A stretch of 24,000 bases of DNA from an uncultured Alphaproteobacteria bacterium (GTDB lineage: Bacteria; Pseudomonadota; Alphaproteobacteria; Rhizobiales; Beijerinckiaceae): the NCBI GenBank assembly GCA_963736175.1, contig CAVTNU010000026.1, positions 32,929 through 56,928 on the forward strand, written 5' to 3'. How positions within the stretch are numbered: position 1 is the stretch's first letter; each line of letters opens with the position of its first letter. Below the pieces are notes generated by a model, which worked only from the letters and a program-made list of their open reading frames with translations, was not told the origin of the DNA and did not search any database. Of this stretch, positions 1 to 11,559 are shown piece by piece. A program made the position numbers and the translations under genes.

Positions 1-80
1 GCGGCGCATGACTTATCGACCATGCCGCCGACGCCGGCAAGTGGCCGGGCGCCGTCTGCTCCGTGCACAGAAACGTCCGC

Positions 81-1721
<1,641 letters not shown>

Positions 1722-1819
1722 TTATTTCTTCCAAACCGATTTGGGGAGGCCCGATGGACAATTTGCCGGGTTTTACCCGGGAAATTTGACAAGCCTCAGT
1801 GCGACGCCGCTCAAGAGTA

Positions 1820-1872
1820 GGGCCGGAAACCCGGCCCTTAGCGCGCTCCCGGAAAGTTGCTGAATTTCCGGG
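1820..1872 (-). terminator. Two adjacent stem-loops 22 nt downstream of the secG stop; possible secG terminator or processing structure
   Basis: GGGCCGG-AAAC-CCGGCCC (1820-1837, 7-bp stem) and CCCGGAAA-N9-TTTCCGGG (1848-1872, 8-bp stem), read directly. Neither has a clear U-tract on the minus strand, so support is weak. Confidence 0.25.
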
Positions 1873-1893
1873 ACATATAATGGGCCTTGCGGC

Positions 1894-2280
1894 TTATTGC
1901 GAACGCGGAGGCTCCGGCGCGCCGGGCGCCGGCGCCTTTTGGCGCTGCTCTTCCATCTGTTTGAGATCGTTCAGCACGCCATCCTTCGTCGGCGCCGCCG
2001 GCTCGCTTTGACCAGCCGGCTTCGGTGCGTCGAAAATCGATTTCTGGGCGCGGTTGAAGCTGGCCAGAATCGTCAGAGCCAGACTGGTGGCGAAAAACAA
2101 GGTGGCGAGAATCGCCGTCGCTCGGGTGAGCGCGTTGGCCTGGCCGCGCCCGGTGAAGAAGCCGCCGCCCGAGGAGCCGCCGCCCATGCCGAGCGCGCCG
2201 CCCTCCGAACGCTGCAACAGCACGGTGGCGATGAGCGCGATGACGATCAGAAGATGAACGACGATCAGAACAGTTTGCAT
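1894..2280 (-). CDS. secG: Preprotein translocase subunit SecG
   Basis: Track ORF 1894..2340 trimmed to the internal ATG at 2280-2278 (MQTVLIVVHLLIVIALIATVLLQRSEGG...). Two hydrophobic helices flank a Gly-rich loop, followed by an Ala/Pro-rich tail. Lies between tpiA and pyrG, as in many bacteria. Confidence 0.85.
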   Translation of the reverse strand: MQTVLIVVHLLIVIALIATVLLQRSEGGALGMGGGSSGGGFFTGRGQANALTRATAILATLFFATSLALTILASFNRAQKSIFDAPKPAGQSEPAAPTKDGVLNDLKQMEEQRQKAPAPGAPEPPRSQ

Positions 2281-2382
2281 TCGGTCCGTCCAAAACCGTT
2301 CGGCCTTAAATCCGCCCGGTGCAAAGAAAGAGAGCGCCACGGCGAGACGCCGGACGCTGCTGTTGAGGGCGTCTTACACCAA

Positions 2383-2408
2383 GGCGCGGGCGAAGGAAAC
2401 CCCGCGCC
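2383..2408 (-). terminator. GC-rich hairpin 19 nt downstream of the tpiA stop; candidate intrinsic terminator or attenuator
   Basis: GGCGCGGG-N10-CCCGCGCC, a perfect 8-bp stem. On the minus strand it is followed by TTGGTGT, only a weak U-tract. Confidence 0.35.
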
Positions 2409-2426
2409 CGTCCCGATCCGCCAATC

Positions 2427-3179
2427 CTATTTGTAAACGCCGGCGATGCCGAGAAAGTCCTTGGCCGTCAGGCTGGCGCCGCCGACCAGCGCGCCGTTGA
2501 CATTGGCGACGCTCATCAATTCCTTGGCGTTCGACGGCTTGACCGAGCCGCCGTAAAGAATGCGGACCTTGCCGCCCTGCCCCGGCAGCAGCTTTTCGAG
2601 TTCGGCGCGAATGAAGGCGTGGACCTCGGCGACGTCCGCGGCCGTCGGCGTCAGCCCGGTGCCGATCGCCCAGACCGGTTCATAGGCGACGACGAGGTTT
2701 TCTGCATTGGCGCCCAACGGAAGCGAGCCGCGCGTCTGGCCGCCGACAACGGCCAAAGTCTCGCCGGATTGGCGCTGATCCTTGGTTTCGCCGACGCAGA
2801 CGATGGCGATCAGGCCGGCGCGCAGGGCGGCCTCCGCCTTGGCCTTGACGACTGCGTCGCCTTCACCGTGATCGGCGCGACGCTCGGAATGGCCCACGAT
2901 GACATAGGTCGCGCCCAGGTCTTTCAATTGTTCCGCGGCGACATCGCCGGTGTGGGCGCCGGACGCCTTGGCGTGGCAGTCCTGACCGCCGATCGCGATG
3001 CGCCCCTGCGCCGTCGCCACCGCCGCGTCGATCAAGGTGGCGGGCGGGCAAAGCGCCACCTCCGCCTGCCCCGCCGCGCCCGCCGCCGCCGCTTCGGCGA
3101 TCATGGCGAGTTCTTTCAGCGCGTTTTTCAGGCCGTTCATCTTCCAATTGCCGGCGGCGAGCGGGCGGATCGTGGTCAT
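2427..3179 (-). CDS. tpiA: Triose-phosphate isomerase
   Basis: Motifs AGNWKMNG and [11 protein letters not shown]. Start moved from the track's 3266 to the ATG at 3179-3177 ([16 protein letters not shown]). An AAGGA Shine-Dalgarno lies about 9 nt upstream. The ATG at 3194 is an alternative start. Confidence 0.93.
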   Translation of the reverse strand: MTTIRPLAAGNWKMNGLKNALKELAMIAEAAAAGAAGQAEVALCPPATLIDAAVATAQGRIAIGGQDCHAKASGAHTGDVAAEQLKDLGATYVIVGHSERRADHGEGDAVVKAKAEAALRAGLIAIVCVGETKDQRQSGETLAVVGGQTRGSLPLGANAENLVVAYEPVWAIGTGLTPTAADVAEVHAFIRAELEKLLPGQGGKVRILYGGSVKPSNAKELMSVANVNGALVGGASLTAKDFLGIAGVYK

Positions 3180-3271
3180 CGGGCTGTCCTTCATAATTGA
3201 GCGCTCCCCCGATAACAGAGCCGCAAAACTTTGCAACTGGGGCCTTTCGATGAGCTCTGTCGCCAAGAACG

Positions 3272-3300
3272 TTGCGCTTGAGCCTCGGCATTTCTATAGT
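3272..3300 (+). promoter_or_regulatory. Candidate sigma70-type promoter for the ppiD-like/trpE transcript
   Basis: TTGCGC (3272-3277), 17-nt spacer, TATAGT (3295-3300; 5/6 match to TATAAT), about 48 nt upstream of the ATG at 3348. Found by hexamer inspection only. Confidence 0.3.
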
Positions 3301-3347
3301 CCGGCCGCTTCGCGCCGTTGTGGCGCCGATGAACAGAGATATTTTCC

Positions 3348-5255
3348 ATGCTGGACGGCCTGCGCGTAATGTCGAAAAACTGGCTGGGCCGGGCGTTGCT
3401 GGGCGCGTTCGCCGGCCTGATCATCGTCGGCTTTGGCATTTTCGGCATTCGCGACGTGTTTTTTGGGTTTCGCGCCAATCGTCTGGCCGTTGTCGGCGAC
3501 GAAGAGATCGGCGTCGCCGAATATCGCAACGCCTACCAGACCGATTTACAACGCATGCAGCGCCAGACTCGTCGTCCCATCACCAACGAAGAAGCCCATG
3601 CGCGCGGCCTCGACGCGCAGGTCTTGGGACGCCTGATCGCCAATTCGGCGCTCGACCAGACCGCCGCCAAGCTGGGATTGGCGATGTCGGACGCCCAGGT
3701 GGCGAGCCTCATCGCGAAAGAACCGTCTTTCGCCGGCCCGAACGGCGCCTTCGATCAGAACCGTTTCAACGAGATATTGCGCGACAACGGCTACACCGAG
3801 CGCAGCTTCGTGCGCGAACAACGCGCCTTGGCGCTGCGCCAGGAGCTGACCGAAACGGTGGCCGGGGCCGTGCTCGCGCCGAACGTTCTGCTCGCCGCGC
3901 TTAACCGCTACAGCAAGGAGACGCGCAAGGCCGATTATTTCGTGCTGCCCGCGCCCGACGCCGACGCAGGGCCCGCGCCCGATGAAAAAGCCGTGGCCGA
4001 ATTCTACGAATTGCGCAGCGATGCGTTCCGCGCGCCCGAATATCGCAAGTTGACCTTATTGACGCTCTCGCCCGCCGCTCTCGCCAAACCGGACGCCGTC
4101 GCCGACGCCGTCGCCCAGAAGCTTTATGACAAGGTCAAGGACGAGCGTTTCGGTGCGCCGGAAAAGCGCGCGATCGAGCAGCTCGCCTTCGCAAGCGACG
4201 ACGACGCCGCCAAGGCGAGCGCCAAGCTCAAAGCCGGCGCGCGGTTTGAGGACATCGCCGTCGATCCGCAATGGCGCGCGACGCGCGCCGATCTGGGCGT
4301 CCACGCCAAATCGGAAATATTCGATCCGGCGGTCGCCCAGGCGGCGTTCGCTCTGCCGGCTGGCGGCGTATCGGAGCCTATCGAAGGCAAATTCCACCCG
4401 GTCATTCTGCGCGTCAACAAGATCGAAGCCGCCAGCACCAAGCCGTTCAGCGACGTCGCCGCCCAGCTGAAAACCCAGATCGCCGAGAGCAATGCGCGCA
4501 ATGACGCCCAGTCCTTGCATGACAAAATCGAGGATTTGCGCGCCAACGGCAAAACCCTGAGCGAAGCGGCGGCAGCGCTCGGTCTGACGGCGCAAACGGT
4601 CGAGGCCAGCGATCCGACCGGCCTCGACAAGACAGGCAAGCCCATCGCCGGCCTTGCCGGTTCGCCCGATCTCCTTAAGGCGATTTTCGCCTCCGACGTC
4701 GGGGTCGACAACGACGCCGTTTCTAGCCGCGACGGCGGCTATTCCTGGTTCGAGATCGGCGCTGTCGAGCCCTCGCACATGCGTAAACTCGACGAAGTGC
4801 GTCCCGAGGTGGAAAAAAGGCTGAAACTGGAGGACGCCCAACGCGCTCTCGCCGCCAAGGCCGCCGACCTCGTCAGGCAGCTGCAAAACGGCGCCACGCT
4901 CGAAAGCCTGGCCAAGGCGCAAGGCGATCTTGCGATCAAACACGCCGAGAACGTGCGCCGCAATGGCGGCGCCGGTCTGAGCAACGCCGCCGTGGCGCAG
5001 ATATTCGGCGTCGCGGTCGATAACGCCGGCGCGGCGCTGGGCGATAACGGCTCGCGAATCGTCTTCAAGGTGATCGAGGCGAGCGTTCCGCCGCTCGACG
5101 TCAAGGCGAGCGACATTGTCGCCGCCATGCCGCAAATCAAACAGTCGATCGCCGAAGAGATGTTGAGCCAATATATTATCAAGGCCCAGGACGATCTCGG
5201 CGTCACGATCAATCGAGCGGCTTTGCGCGCCGCCACAGGCGCGGACGAACAATGA
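3348..5255 (+). CDS. ppiD: Periplasmic chaperone / peptidyl-prolyl isomerase, PpiD-like (SurA-N-like domain protein)
   Basis: 635 aa. The N-terminus MLDGLRVMSKNWLGRALLGAFAGLIIVGFGIFGI matches the PpiD pattern of a signal-anchor TM helix. Long Ala-rich chaperone-like body. The stop overlaps the trpE start (ATGA at 5252-5255). The symbol is assigned by architecture, not by a search. Confidence 0.75.
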   Translation: MLDGLRVMSKNWLGRALLGAFAGLIIVGFGIFGIRDVFFGFRANRLAVVGDEEIGVAEYRNAYQTDLQRMQRQTRRPITNEEAHARGLDAQVLGRLIANSALDQTAAKLGLAMSDAQVASLIAKEPSFAGPNGAFDQNRFNEILRDNGYTERSFVREQRALALRQELTETVAGAVLAPNVLLAALNRYSKETRKADYFVLPAPDADAGPAPDEKAVAEFYELRSDAFRAPEYRKLTLLTLSPAALAKPDAVADAVAQKLYDKVKDERFGAPEKRAIEQLAFASDDDAAKASAKLKAGARFEDIAVDPQWRATRADLGVHAKSEIFDPAVAQAAFALPAGGVSEPIEGKFHPVILRVNKIEAASTKPFSDVAAQLKTQIAESNARNDAQSLHDKIEDLRANGKTLSEAAAALGLTAQTVEASDPTGLDKTGKPIAGLAGSPDLLKAIFASDVGVDNDAVSSRDGGYSWFEIGAVEPSHMRKLDEVRPEVEKRLKLEDAQRALAAKAADLVRQLQNGATLESLAKAQGDLAIKHAENVRRNGGAGLSNAAVAQIFGVAVDNAGAALGDNGSRIVFKVIEASVPPLDVKASDIVAAMPQIKQSIAEEMLSQYIIKAQDDLGVTINRAALRAATGADEQ

Positions 5256-6772
5256 TCGCCTCTCCCGATTTCGACGCCTTCGCCGCCGATTATGATCAGG
5301 GCCGCCCTTGCCTCGTCAGCGCCCTTCAGGTGGGCGATCTGGAAACGCCGGTTTCAGCCTTTCTGAAACTTTCGCAAGGTCGAAAAGGTAATATTTTTCT
5401 ATTGGAATCGGTGGAAGGCGGCGCCGCGCGCGGCCGTTATTCAATGATCGGCCTTGATCCCGATGCGATTTTTCGCGTGCGCGGCCGCCTGACGGAAATC
5501 AACCGGAACGCGCGCCGCGACCTGAACGCCTACGAAACGAGCCGGGAAAAGCCGTTGATCGCCTTGCGGGCCTTTCTGACGGAATCGGCTATTCCCGGCC
5601 GCCCGGACCTGCCGCCGATGGCGGCCGGCGTGTTCGGTTATCTGGGCTACGACATGGTGCGGGAGATGGAGCGGCTCGAACTGGCCAAACCCGATGCGAT
5701 CGGCACGCCCGACGCCATGCTGATCCGTCCGACGGCGATGGTGGTGTTCGATACCGTCAAAGACGAGATCAGCATCGTCACGCCCGTACGTCCGGCCGCC
5801 GGCGTCAACGCGAAAGCCGCCTATGAAAGCGCGTTGGCGCGCCTTGATGCGGTTTGCGAGGTGCTTGACGGACCGTTGACGCATCAAACGCCCGGCGTTG
5901 ATCCGCATCTTCGCGCCGTCGCGCCCGTTTCCAACACCAGCGAGGGACGCTTCAAGGAAATCGTCGAACGCGCCAAGGATTACATCAAGGCCGGCGACAT
6001 TTTTCAGGTCGTTCTTTCGCAGCGGTTCACCGCGCCGTTCGATCTGCCCGCTTTCGCGCTCTATCGCGCGTTGCGCCGGGTCAATCCGGCCCCCTATCTG
6101 AGCTTTCTTGATTTCGGCGACTTTCAGATCGTCTGCTCCAGTCCGGAAATTCTGGTGCGCGCGCGCGAAGGCAAAGTGACGATCCGCCCCATCGCCGGCA
6201 CCAGATGGCGCGGCAAGACGGCGCAGGAAGACGAAAACCTGGCGCGAGAACTCCTCGCCGACGAAAAGGAGCGCGCCGAACACCTGATGCTGCTCGACCT
6301 CGGCCGCAACGATGTGGGCCGCGTCGCCGAAATCGGCACAGTGAAAGTCACCGAAAAATTCGCGGTCGAGCGCTACAGCCACGTCATGCACATCGTGTCC
6401 AACGTCGAAGGCAAGCTCGATCCGCGCCATGACGTCATCGACGCGCTATGCGCCGGCTTTCCCGCCGGCACCGTGTCGGGCGCGCCGAAAGTGCGGGCGA
6501 TGGAGATCATCGACGAGCTGGAAACCGACAAGCGCGGCATTTACGGCGGCTGTATCGGCTATTTCGGCGCTTCCGGCGAAATGGACACCTGCATCGTTCT
6601 GCGCACCTCCGTCGTCAAGGACGGCAAGATGCACGTGCAGGCCGGCGCGGGCATTGTCCACGATTCAAACGCCGACGCGGAACAGAACGAGTGCGTCAAC
6701 AAGGCCAAAGCGCTGTTCCGCGCGGCGGAAGAGGCCGTGCGTTTCGCCGCGTCCGCCAAACGCGGGCAGTAA
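5252..6772 (+). CDS. trpE: Anthranilate synthase component I
   Basis: 506 aa. Chorismate-binding family motifs LLDLGRNDVGRV, GTVSGAPKVRAMEIIDELE and GAGIVHDS. Stand-alone component I with no fused or adjacent glutamine amidotransferase. Confidence 0.93.
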   Translation: MIASPDFDAFAADYDQGRPCLVSALQVGDLETPVSAFLKLSQGRKGNIFLLESVEGGAARGRYSMIGLDPDAIFRVRGRLTEINRNARRDLNAYETSREKPLIALRAFLTESAIPGRPDLPPMAAGVFGYLGYDMVREMERLELAKPDAIGTPDAMLIRPTAMVVFDTVKDEISIVTPVRPAAGVNAKAAYESALARLDAVCEVLDGPLTHQTPGVDPHLRAVAPVSNTSEGRFKEIVERAKDYIKAGDIFQVVLSQRFTAPFDLPAFALYRALRRVNPAPYLSFLDFGDFQIVCSSPEILVRAREGKVTIRPIAGTRWRGKTAQEDENLARELLADEKERAEHLMLLDLGRNDVGRVAEIGTVKVTEKFAVERYSHVMHIVSNVEGKLDPRHDVIDALCAGFPAGTVSGAPKVRAMEIIDELETDKRGIYGGCIGYFGASGEMDTCIVLRTSVVKDGKMHVQAGAGIVHDSNADAEQNECVNKAKALFRAAEEAVRFAASAKRGQ

Positions 6773-6868
6773 GGCGGCGTCCGTCGCGTTTTCACAAAAC
6801 CGGAGCCCCTCGCATTTCCTGTCGATTGCGAGCGATCAGGGTCCGGCGACAAGAGATCGGTTGATCCT

Positions 6869-8659
6869 GTGACTTTATTCAACGCTAGGCCAATGCTGGC
6901 GCGCGCTCTGACCGAGCGCCAATATACGCAGCCAACGCCCGTGCAATCCGCCGTCCTGCGTCAGGACGCGCAAGGCCGCGACATTCTCGTCTCGGCGCAG
7001 ACCGGTTCGGGCAAGACCGTCGCCTACGGATTGGCGATAGCCGACGACCTGTTCGGCGTCGACGAGGCGCTGCCCGCCGCAGGGGCGCCGCTGGCGCTCG
7101 TCATCGCCCCGACGCGCGAACTGGCGCTGCAGGTCGCGCGCGAACTGGAGTGGTTGTACGCCTACGCTGGCGCGCGCATCGCCACCTGCGTCGGCGGCAT
7201 GGACCCGCGCGCCGAACGGCGTCGCCTGGCCGATGGCGCCCACATCGTCGTCGGCACGCCCGGGCGCCTGCGCGATCAGATCGAACGCGGCGGCCTCAAA
7301 GCCGCGAGCCTTTCCGCCATCATCCTCGATGAGGCTGACGAAATGCTCGATATGGGCTTTCGCGAAGATCTCGAATTCATTCTTGACGCGGCGTCGGCCG
7401 AGCGGCGCATCCTGCTGTTCTCCGCAACTATGCCGAAGGCCATTGAAACATTGGCCCGGCGCTACCAGCGCGCCGCCGTGCGCATCGAGGTCTCCGGCGA
7501 AGCAGCCGGCCACGCCGACATCGAATACCGCGCCGTCCGCATCGATCCGCGCGAGTGCGAACATGTCGTGGTCAATCTGCTGCGTTTCTATGAGGCGCAG
7601 ACCGCCATCGTCTTCTGCAATACCCGCGAGAGCGTGCGTCATCTGCACGCGACCCTGGTCGAACGCGGTTTTTCCGCCACGCTTTTGTCCGGCGAATTGA
7701 GCCAGCACGAGCGCAATCATTCGATGCAGGCGTTGCGCGACGGGCGCGCGCGGGTGTGCGTCGCCACCGACGTCGCGGCGCGCGGCATCGATCTGCCCAA
7801 TCTCGGCCTCGTCATTCACGCCGATCTGCCGCACGACGCCGAAGCCTTGCAGCATCGTTCCGGACGCACCGGACGCGCGGGCAAAAAGGGCGTCAGCGTC
7901 ATCCTCGCCTCGCCGTCGCGCCGACGGCGCGCCGAACACATGCTGCAACAGGCCAATGTCGCCGCCGAATGGCGCGGCCCGCCGACCGCCGAAGACATCG
8001 CCGCGCTCGATCGACAAAGACTGCTGGCCGATCCGCTGCTGAGCGAAGCGCCGGCGCCGGAGGACATCGAACTGGCCAAGGCGCTGCTCGAAGGCCGCGC
8101 GCCTGAAGAAATCGCCGCCGCCCTCGCCAAGGTTCTGCGCGCCCGCTTGCCGGCGACCGAGGACGTGAACGATCCGGGCGAGTCTTCCGGCCGCCGTCGC
8201 GATGCGCGCGCGCCGGCGCCGGGCAGGGATTCGCCAATCGATTTCGGCCCTGGGCCGAGCCGCGGCGCGAAAGCGCATAAGGAGCCGATGCCTGGAGCCG
8301 TCTGGTTCCGTCTCGACATCGGCCGCGCCCGCAAGGCCGACCCGAAATGGCTACTGCCCATGCTCTGCCGCAAGGGCGGCGTGGCGCGCGAAGACATCGG
8401 CGCGATCCGCATTTTCGATCAGGACACGAAAGTCGAGATCGCCGGCCCGGCGGCGAAAGGCTTTTTGAAAAGCATGCGCCGTCCGGGCGGCGACAATATC
8501 GGCGTCGAACGCATCGGCGACGACGCCGGGCAAATCCCTGCCGCGCCGAAAAGGGACTTTGCGAAACCGAAAAAGGATTTCGCCAAGCCGAAATTCCAGG
8601 ATCTGGCCGCCAACCCCGCGCCATTCAAGAAAAAAGCCAAGAAGCCGCCAAGGGACTGA
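6869..8659 (+). CDS. DEAD-box ATP-dependent RNA helicase with DbpA-type C-terminal RNA-binding domain and basic tail
   Basis: Q motif (F...PTPVQ), motif I AQTGSGKT, motif II DEAD (ILDEADEMLD), motif III SAT, motif VI HRSGRTGRAG. C-terminal VWFRLDIGRARKADPKWLLPMLCRKGGV...IGAIRIF resembles the DbpA RNA-binding domain. The GTG start at 6869 retains the Q-motif Phe. The ATG at 6893 is an alternative. Confidence 0.9.
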   Translation: MTLFNARPMLARALTERQYTQPTPVQSAVLRQDAQGRDILVSAQTGSGKTVAYGLAIADDLFGVDEALPAAGAPLALVIAPTRELALQVARELEWLYAYAGARIATCVGGMDPRAERRRLADGAHIVVGTPGRLRDQIERGGLKAASLSAIILDEADEMLDMGFREDLEFILDAASAERRILLFSATMPKAIETLARRYQRAAVRIEVSGEAAGHADIEYRAVRIDPRECEHVVVNLLRFYEAQTAIVFCNTRESVRHLHATLVERGFSATLLSGELSQHERNHSMQALRDGRARVCVATDVAARGIDLPNLGLVIHADLPHDAEALQHRSGRTGRAGKKGVSVILASPSRRRRAEHMLQQANVAAEWRGPPTAEDIAALDRQRLLADPLLSEAPAPEDIELAKALLEGRAPEEIAAALAKVLRARLPATEDVNDPGESSGRRRDARAPAPGRDSPIDFGPGPSRGAKAHKEPMPGAVWFRLDIGRARKADPKWLLPMLCRKGGVAREDIGAIRIFDQDTKVEIAGPAAKGFLKSMRRPGGDNIGVERIGDDAGQIPAAPKRDFAKPKKDFAKPKFQDLAANPAPFKKKAKKPPRD

Positions 8660-8693
8660 TTTTTCGTCCGCAACGCCCTCCGCCGCAAGAAAG

Positions 8694-8718
8694 ATTGCGC
8701 TTCAGTCATTTGCGCAAT
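8694..8718. promoter_or_regulatory. Perfect 7-bp inverted repeat in the helicase/bioB intergenic region; candidate operator, or less likely the helicase terminator
   Basis: ATTGCGC-N11-GCGCAAT read directly. It lies 35 nt after the helicase stop and 80 nt before the bioB ATG, with no trailing T-run. Confidence 0.3.
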
Positions 8719-8797
8719 AGGAATTGCCGGAAATCGCCCACCCTGAACTCGGCCGGCGCTCGTCGTCGCCCGAGCCGGACCTGTTAGAAGGATCGAC

Positions 8798-9793
8798 ATG
8801 ACCGCAACCGCCGCCGTCGCCGCCGCAAAGCCCCAGACGGCCCGCCAGGAATGGACTTTGGCGCGGGCCAAGGCGCTTTACGCTCTGCCCTTCAACGATC
8901 TCCTGTTCGAGGCGCAGACCGCGCACCGCCGCCATTTCGACCCCAACAAGGTGCAGGTATCGCGCCTGTTGTCGATCAAGACCGGCGGTTGCGCCGAAGA
9001 CTGCGGCTATTGCGGCCAGTCGGCGAAGACCGAGGACGGGGTGAAGGCTTCGAAACTGTTGGAGGTCGAGCGCGTCCTGAACGAGGCGAAAAAAGCCAAG
9101 GACGGCGGCGCCACCCGCTATTGCATGGGCGCGGCCTGGCGCAGCCCCAAGGACCGCGACATGGAAAGCGTGATCGCCATGGTCGAAGGGGTCAAGGCGC
9201 TCGGCATGGAAACCTGCATGACGCTCGGCATGTTGACCAAGGATCAGGCGACGCGCCTGAAAGACGCCGGCCTCGACTATTACAATCACAATCTCGACAC
9301 GTCCGAGCGTTTCTACCCCGAAATCATCTCGACCCGCACTTTCGCGGACCGGCTCGACACGTTGGAGCTGGTGCGCGAGGCCGGCATCAAACTTTGCGCC
9401 GGCGGTATTCTGGGCATGGGCGAGACCGTCGACGACCGGCTCGATATGCTCGTGACGCTGGCCAACATGCCGACGCCGCCCGAGAGCGTGCCGATCAATC
9501 TGCTGATCCCCATTCCCGGCACCAAACTGGCGAACGCCGAGGCGGTCGATCCCTTCGATTTCGTGCGCGCCATCGCGATGGCCCGCATCATGATGCCCGC
9601 CTCCCATGTCCGGCTTTCGGCCGGGCGTTCGGACATGTCGGACGAAATGCAGGCTCTGTGCTTTTTCGCCGGGGCCAATTCGATCTTCATCGGCGAAACC
9701 CTGCTCACCGCCGACAATCCGGGCGAGGATCACGACGCCGATTTGTTCCGCCGTCTCGGCGTTTCCGCTGAGGAACTGGAACTCTCACGATGA
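8798..9793 (+). CDS. bioB: Biotin synthase (radical SAM)
   Basis: 331 aa. [11 protein letters not shown] (CxxxCxxC radical-SAM cluster motif). AGAAGGA SD about 7 nt upstream of the ATG at 8798. The stop overlaps the bioF start (ATGA at 9790-9793). Confidence 0.96.
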   Translation: MTATAAVAAAKPQTARQEWTLARAKALYALPFNDLLFEAQTAHRRHFDPNKVQVSRLLSIKTGGCAEDCGYCGQSAKTEDGVKASKLLEVERVLNEAKKAKDGGATRYCMGAAWRSPKDRDMESVIAMVEGVKALGMETCMTLGMLTKDQATRLKDAGLDYYNHNLDTSERFYPEIISTRTFADRLDTLELVREAGIKLCAGGILGMGETVDDRLDMLVTLANMPTPPESVPINLLIPIPGTKLANAEAVDPFDFVRAIAMARIMMPASHVRLSAGRSDMSDEMQALCFFAGANSIFIGETLLTADNPGEDHDADLFRRLGVSAEELELSR

Positions 9794-10923
9794 ACCGATC
9801 GCCTTTGGCGTTCTTCCAGGCCGATCTCGCGGAATTGGAACGCCAGGCGCGATTACGGAGTCTGGCGCCGCGCGACGGCGTCGACTTCGCCTCCAACGAC
9901 TATCTGGGCCTCGCCAACTCGCCGCGCCTGGCGAAAGCCGTGGCGGCCGCCATCGAGCGCGGCGTTCCGGTCGGCTCCGGCGGCTCGCGTCTATTGCGCG
10001 GCAACCATAGCGAGCACGAGGCGCTTGAGGCGCAGGCCGCGCGCTTTTTCCGCGCGCAGGCCTGTCTTTATTTCGGCTCGGGATACAGCGCCAACGTCGC
10101 GCTGCTGTCGACCCTGCCGCAGCGCGGCGACCTTCTGGTCTACGACGAGTTGATACACGCCTCGTCGCACGAGGGACGAAGGCTCGGCCGCGCCGGCGCG
10201 CAAGCCGTCCGTCACGGCGATCCGCAGGCATTTTCCGACGCGATCCGAGCCTGGCGCCAGAGCGGCGGCAAGGGCGTCGTCTGGATGGCGGTCGAAAGCC
10301 TCTATTCGATGGACGGCGACCGCGCCCCGCTCGACGATCTGCTCGCCATAGCCGACGCCAATGATGGCGTGCTGATCATCGACGAAGCGCACGCGACCGG
10401 CGTGTTCGGCCGGCAAGGCCGCGGACTGGCCGACCGATTTGAAGGTCGCGACAACGTCATCACGCTGCACACCTGCGGCAAAGCGCTCGGCGCCTCCGGC
10501 GCGCTGGCGCTCGGCGCCAGGACCTATATCGATTTCCTCGTCAATCGCGCCCGCCCGTTCATATTCGCCACCGCGCCCTCGCCGCTGATGGCGGCGGCGG
10601 TCGCCGAAAGCTTGAACATCCTCGCCGAGGAGCCGGAGCGGCGCAGCGCCCTTGCCGCCCGGATCGAAACCGCCGAGCGCGGTCTGGCGCGTTTCGGCTT
10701 GCCCGCCAGCGACTCGCAGATCATTCCGGTCATCCTCGGCTCCGTCGAGCGGACCATGGCGGTCGCCGCAAGGCTGCGCGAGGCCGGCTTCGATTGTCGG
10801 CCGATCCGGCCGCCGACCGTGCCCGAAGGCGCCTCGCGTCTGCGCGTCTCGCTGACTCTGAATGTCGACATCGCCGACGTCGAGGCGCTGACCTCGGCCA
10901 TCGGCGGCGCCTTGGCCGCCTGA
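9790..10923 (+). CDS. bioF: 8-amino-7-oxononanoate synthase
   Basis: 377 aa. Alpha-oxoamine synthase family features: [11 protein letters not shown] and the PLP-lysine context [13 protein letters not shown]. Sits inside the bio operon. Confidence 0.92.
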   Translation: MNRSPLAFFQADLAELERQARLRSLAPRDGVDFASNDYLGLANSPRLAKAVAAAIERGVPVGSGGSRLLRGNHSEHEALEAQAARFFRAQACLYFGSGYSANVALLSTLPQRGDLLVYDELIHASSHEGRRLGRAGAQAVRHGDPQAFSDAIRAWRQSGGKGVVWMAVESLYSMDGDRAPLDDLLAIADANDGVLIIDEAHATGVFGRQGRGLADRFEGRDNVITLHTCGKALGASGALALGARTYIDFLVNRARPFIFATAPSPLMAAAVAESLNILAEEPERRSALAARIETAERGLARFGLPASDSQIIPVILGSVERTMAVAARLREAGFDCRPIRPPTVPEGASRLRVSLTLNVDIADVEALTSAIGGALAA

Positions 10924-10926
10924 GCG

Positions 10927-11559
10927 ATGGCGGCGCAGCGCCTTATCGTCGTTGGAACCGACACCGGCGTCGGCAAGACCGTTTTCGCCGCCGCCCTGAG
11001 CGACGCGCTCGACGCGTATTACTGGAAGCCGGTGCAGTCGGGCCTGGACGAGGAAACCGACAGCCAATGCGTGGCGCGCCTCGCTCCCGCCGTCGCGGAC
11101 AAAATCCTGCCTGAAGCCTATCGGCTGCATGCGCCGCTCTCCCCCCATCTATCGGCCGAACGCGACGGAGTGACGATTGATCCGCAAAGACTCGACCCGC
11201 GCGCCCTGCCCGCCCCGCTGGTCGTCGAGGCGGCGGGCGGCCTGCTCGCGCCCTTGACGCGCCAGCTTTTGACCATCGACCTGATCGCCCGCTGGAGCCT
11301 TCCCGTTGTCCTTTGTTCGCGCACTGCGCTTGGCGCGATCAATCACGCCCTGTTGAGCGTCGAAGCCTTGCGGGCGCGCCGGATCGCGTTGCTCGGCATA
11401 GCCTTCATCGGCGATGACAGACCGGACACGATGAAGACCATCGCCGACTTTTCCGGCGCGAAAGGCCTTGGCCGGCTTCCCATGTTGAATCCGTTGACGC
11501 CCGATAATCTGGCTTCCGCTTTCGCCGAAAATTTCCGTCCGGAGGATTTTTCGTCATGA
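10927..11559 (+). CDS. bioD: Dethiobiotin synthase
   Basis: 210 aa. N-terminal P-loop [17 protein letters not shown]. Starts 3 nt after the bioF stop. Its stop overlaps the bioA start (ATGA at 11556-11559). Confidence 0.92.
   Translation: MAAQRLIVVGTDTGVGKTVFAAALSDALDAYYWKPVQSGLDEETDSQCVARLAPAVADKILPEAYRLHAPLSPHLSAERDGVTIDPQRLDPRALPAPLVVEAAGGLLAPLTRQLLTIDLIARWSLPVVLCSRTALGAINHALLSVEALRARRIALLGIAFIGDDRPDTMKTIADFSGAKGLGRLPMLNPLTPDNLASAFAENFRPEDFSS

Noticed and set aside
1-80. Possible start of another minus-strand gene downstream of pyrG (ATG at 23-21 or 9-7), or a + strand gene end.
   Set aside because: Only 7 or fewer codons are visible before the window edge, so no call can be supported.
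2281-2340. N-terminal extensions offered by the ORF track for secG (to 2340), tpiA (to 3266), nagZ (to 16220) and the SPOR protein (to 17633).
   Set aside because: The extensions are non-conserved-looking leader sequence. For tpiA, nagZ and the SPOR protein, the internal ATGs have SD motifs at correct spacing. All four internal ATGs begin at the canonical family N-termini.
6809-6832. Hairpin CTCGCA-N12-TGCGAG after trpE as an intrinsic terminator.
   Set aside because: The stem is only 6 bp with a 12-nt loop and no U-tract, which is too weak to call.
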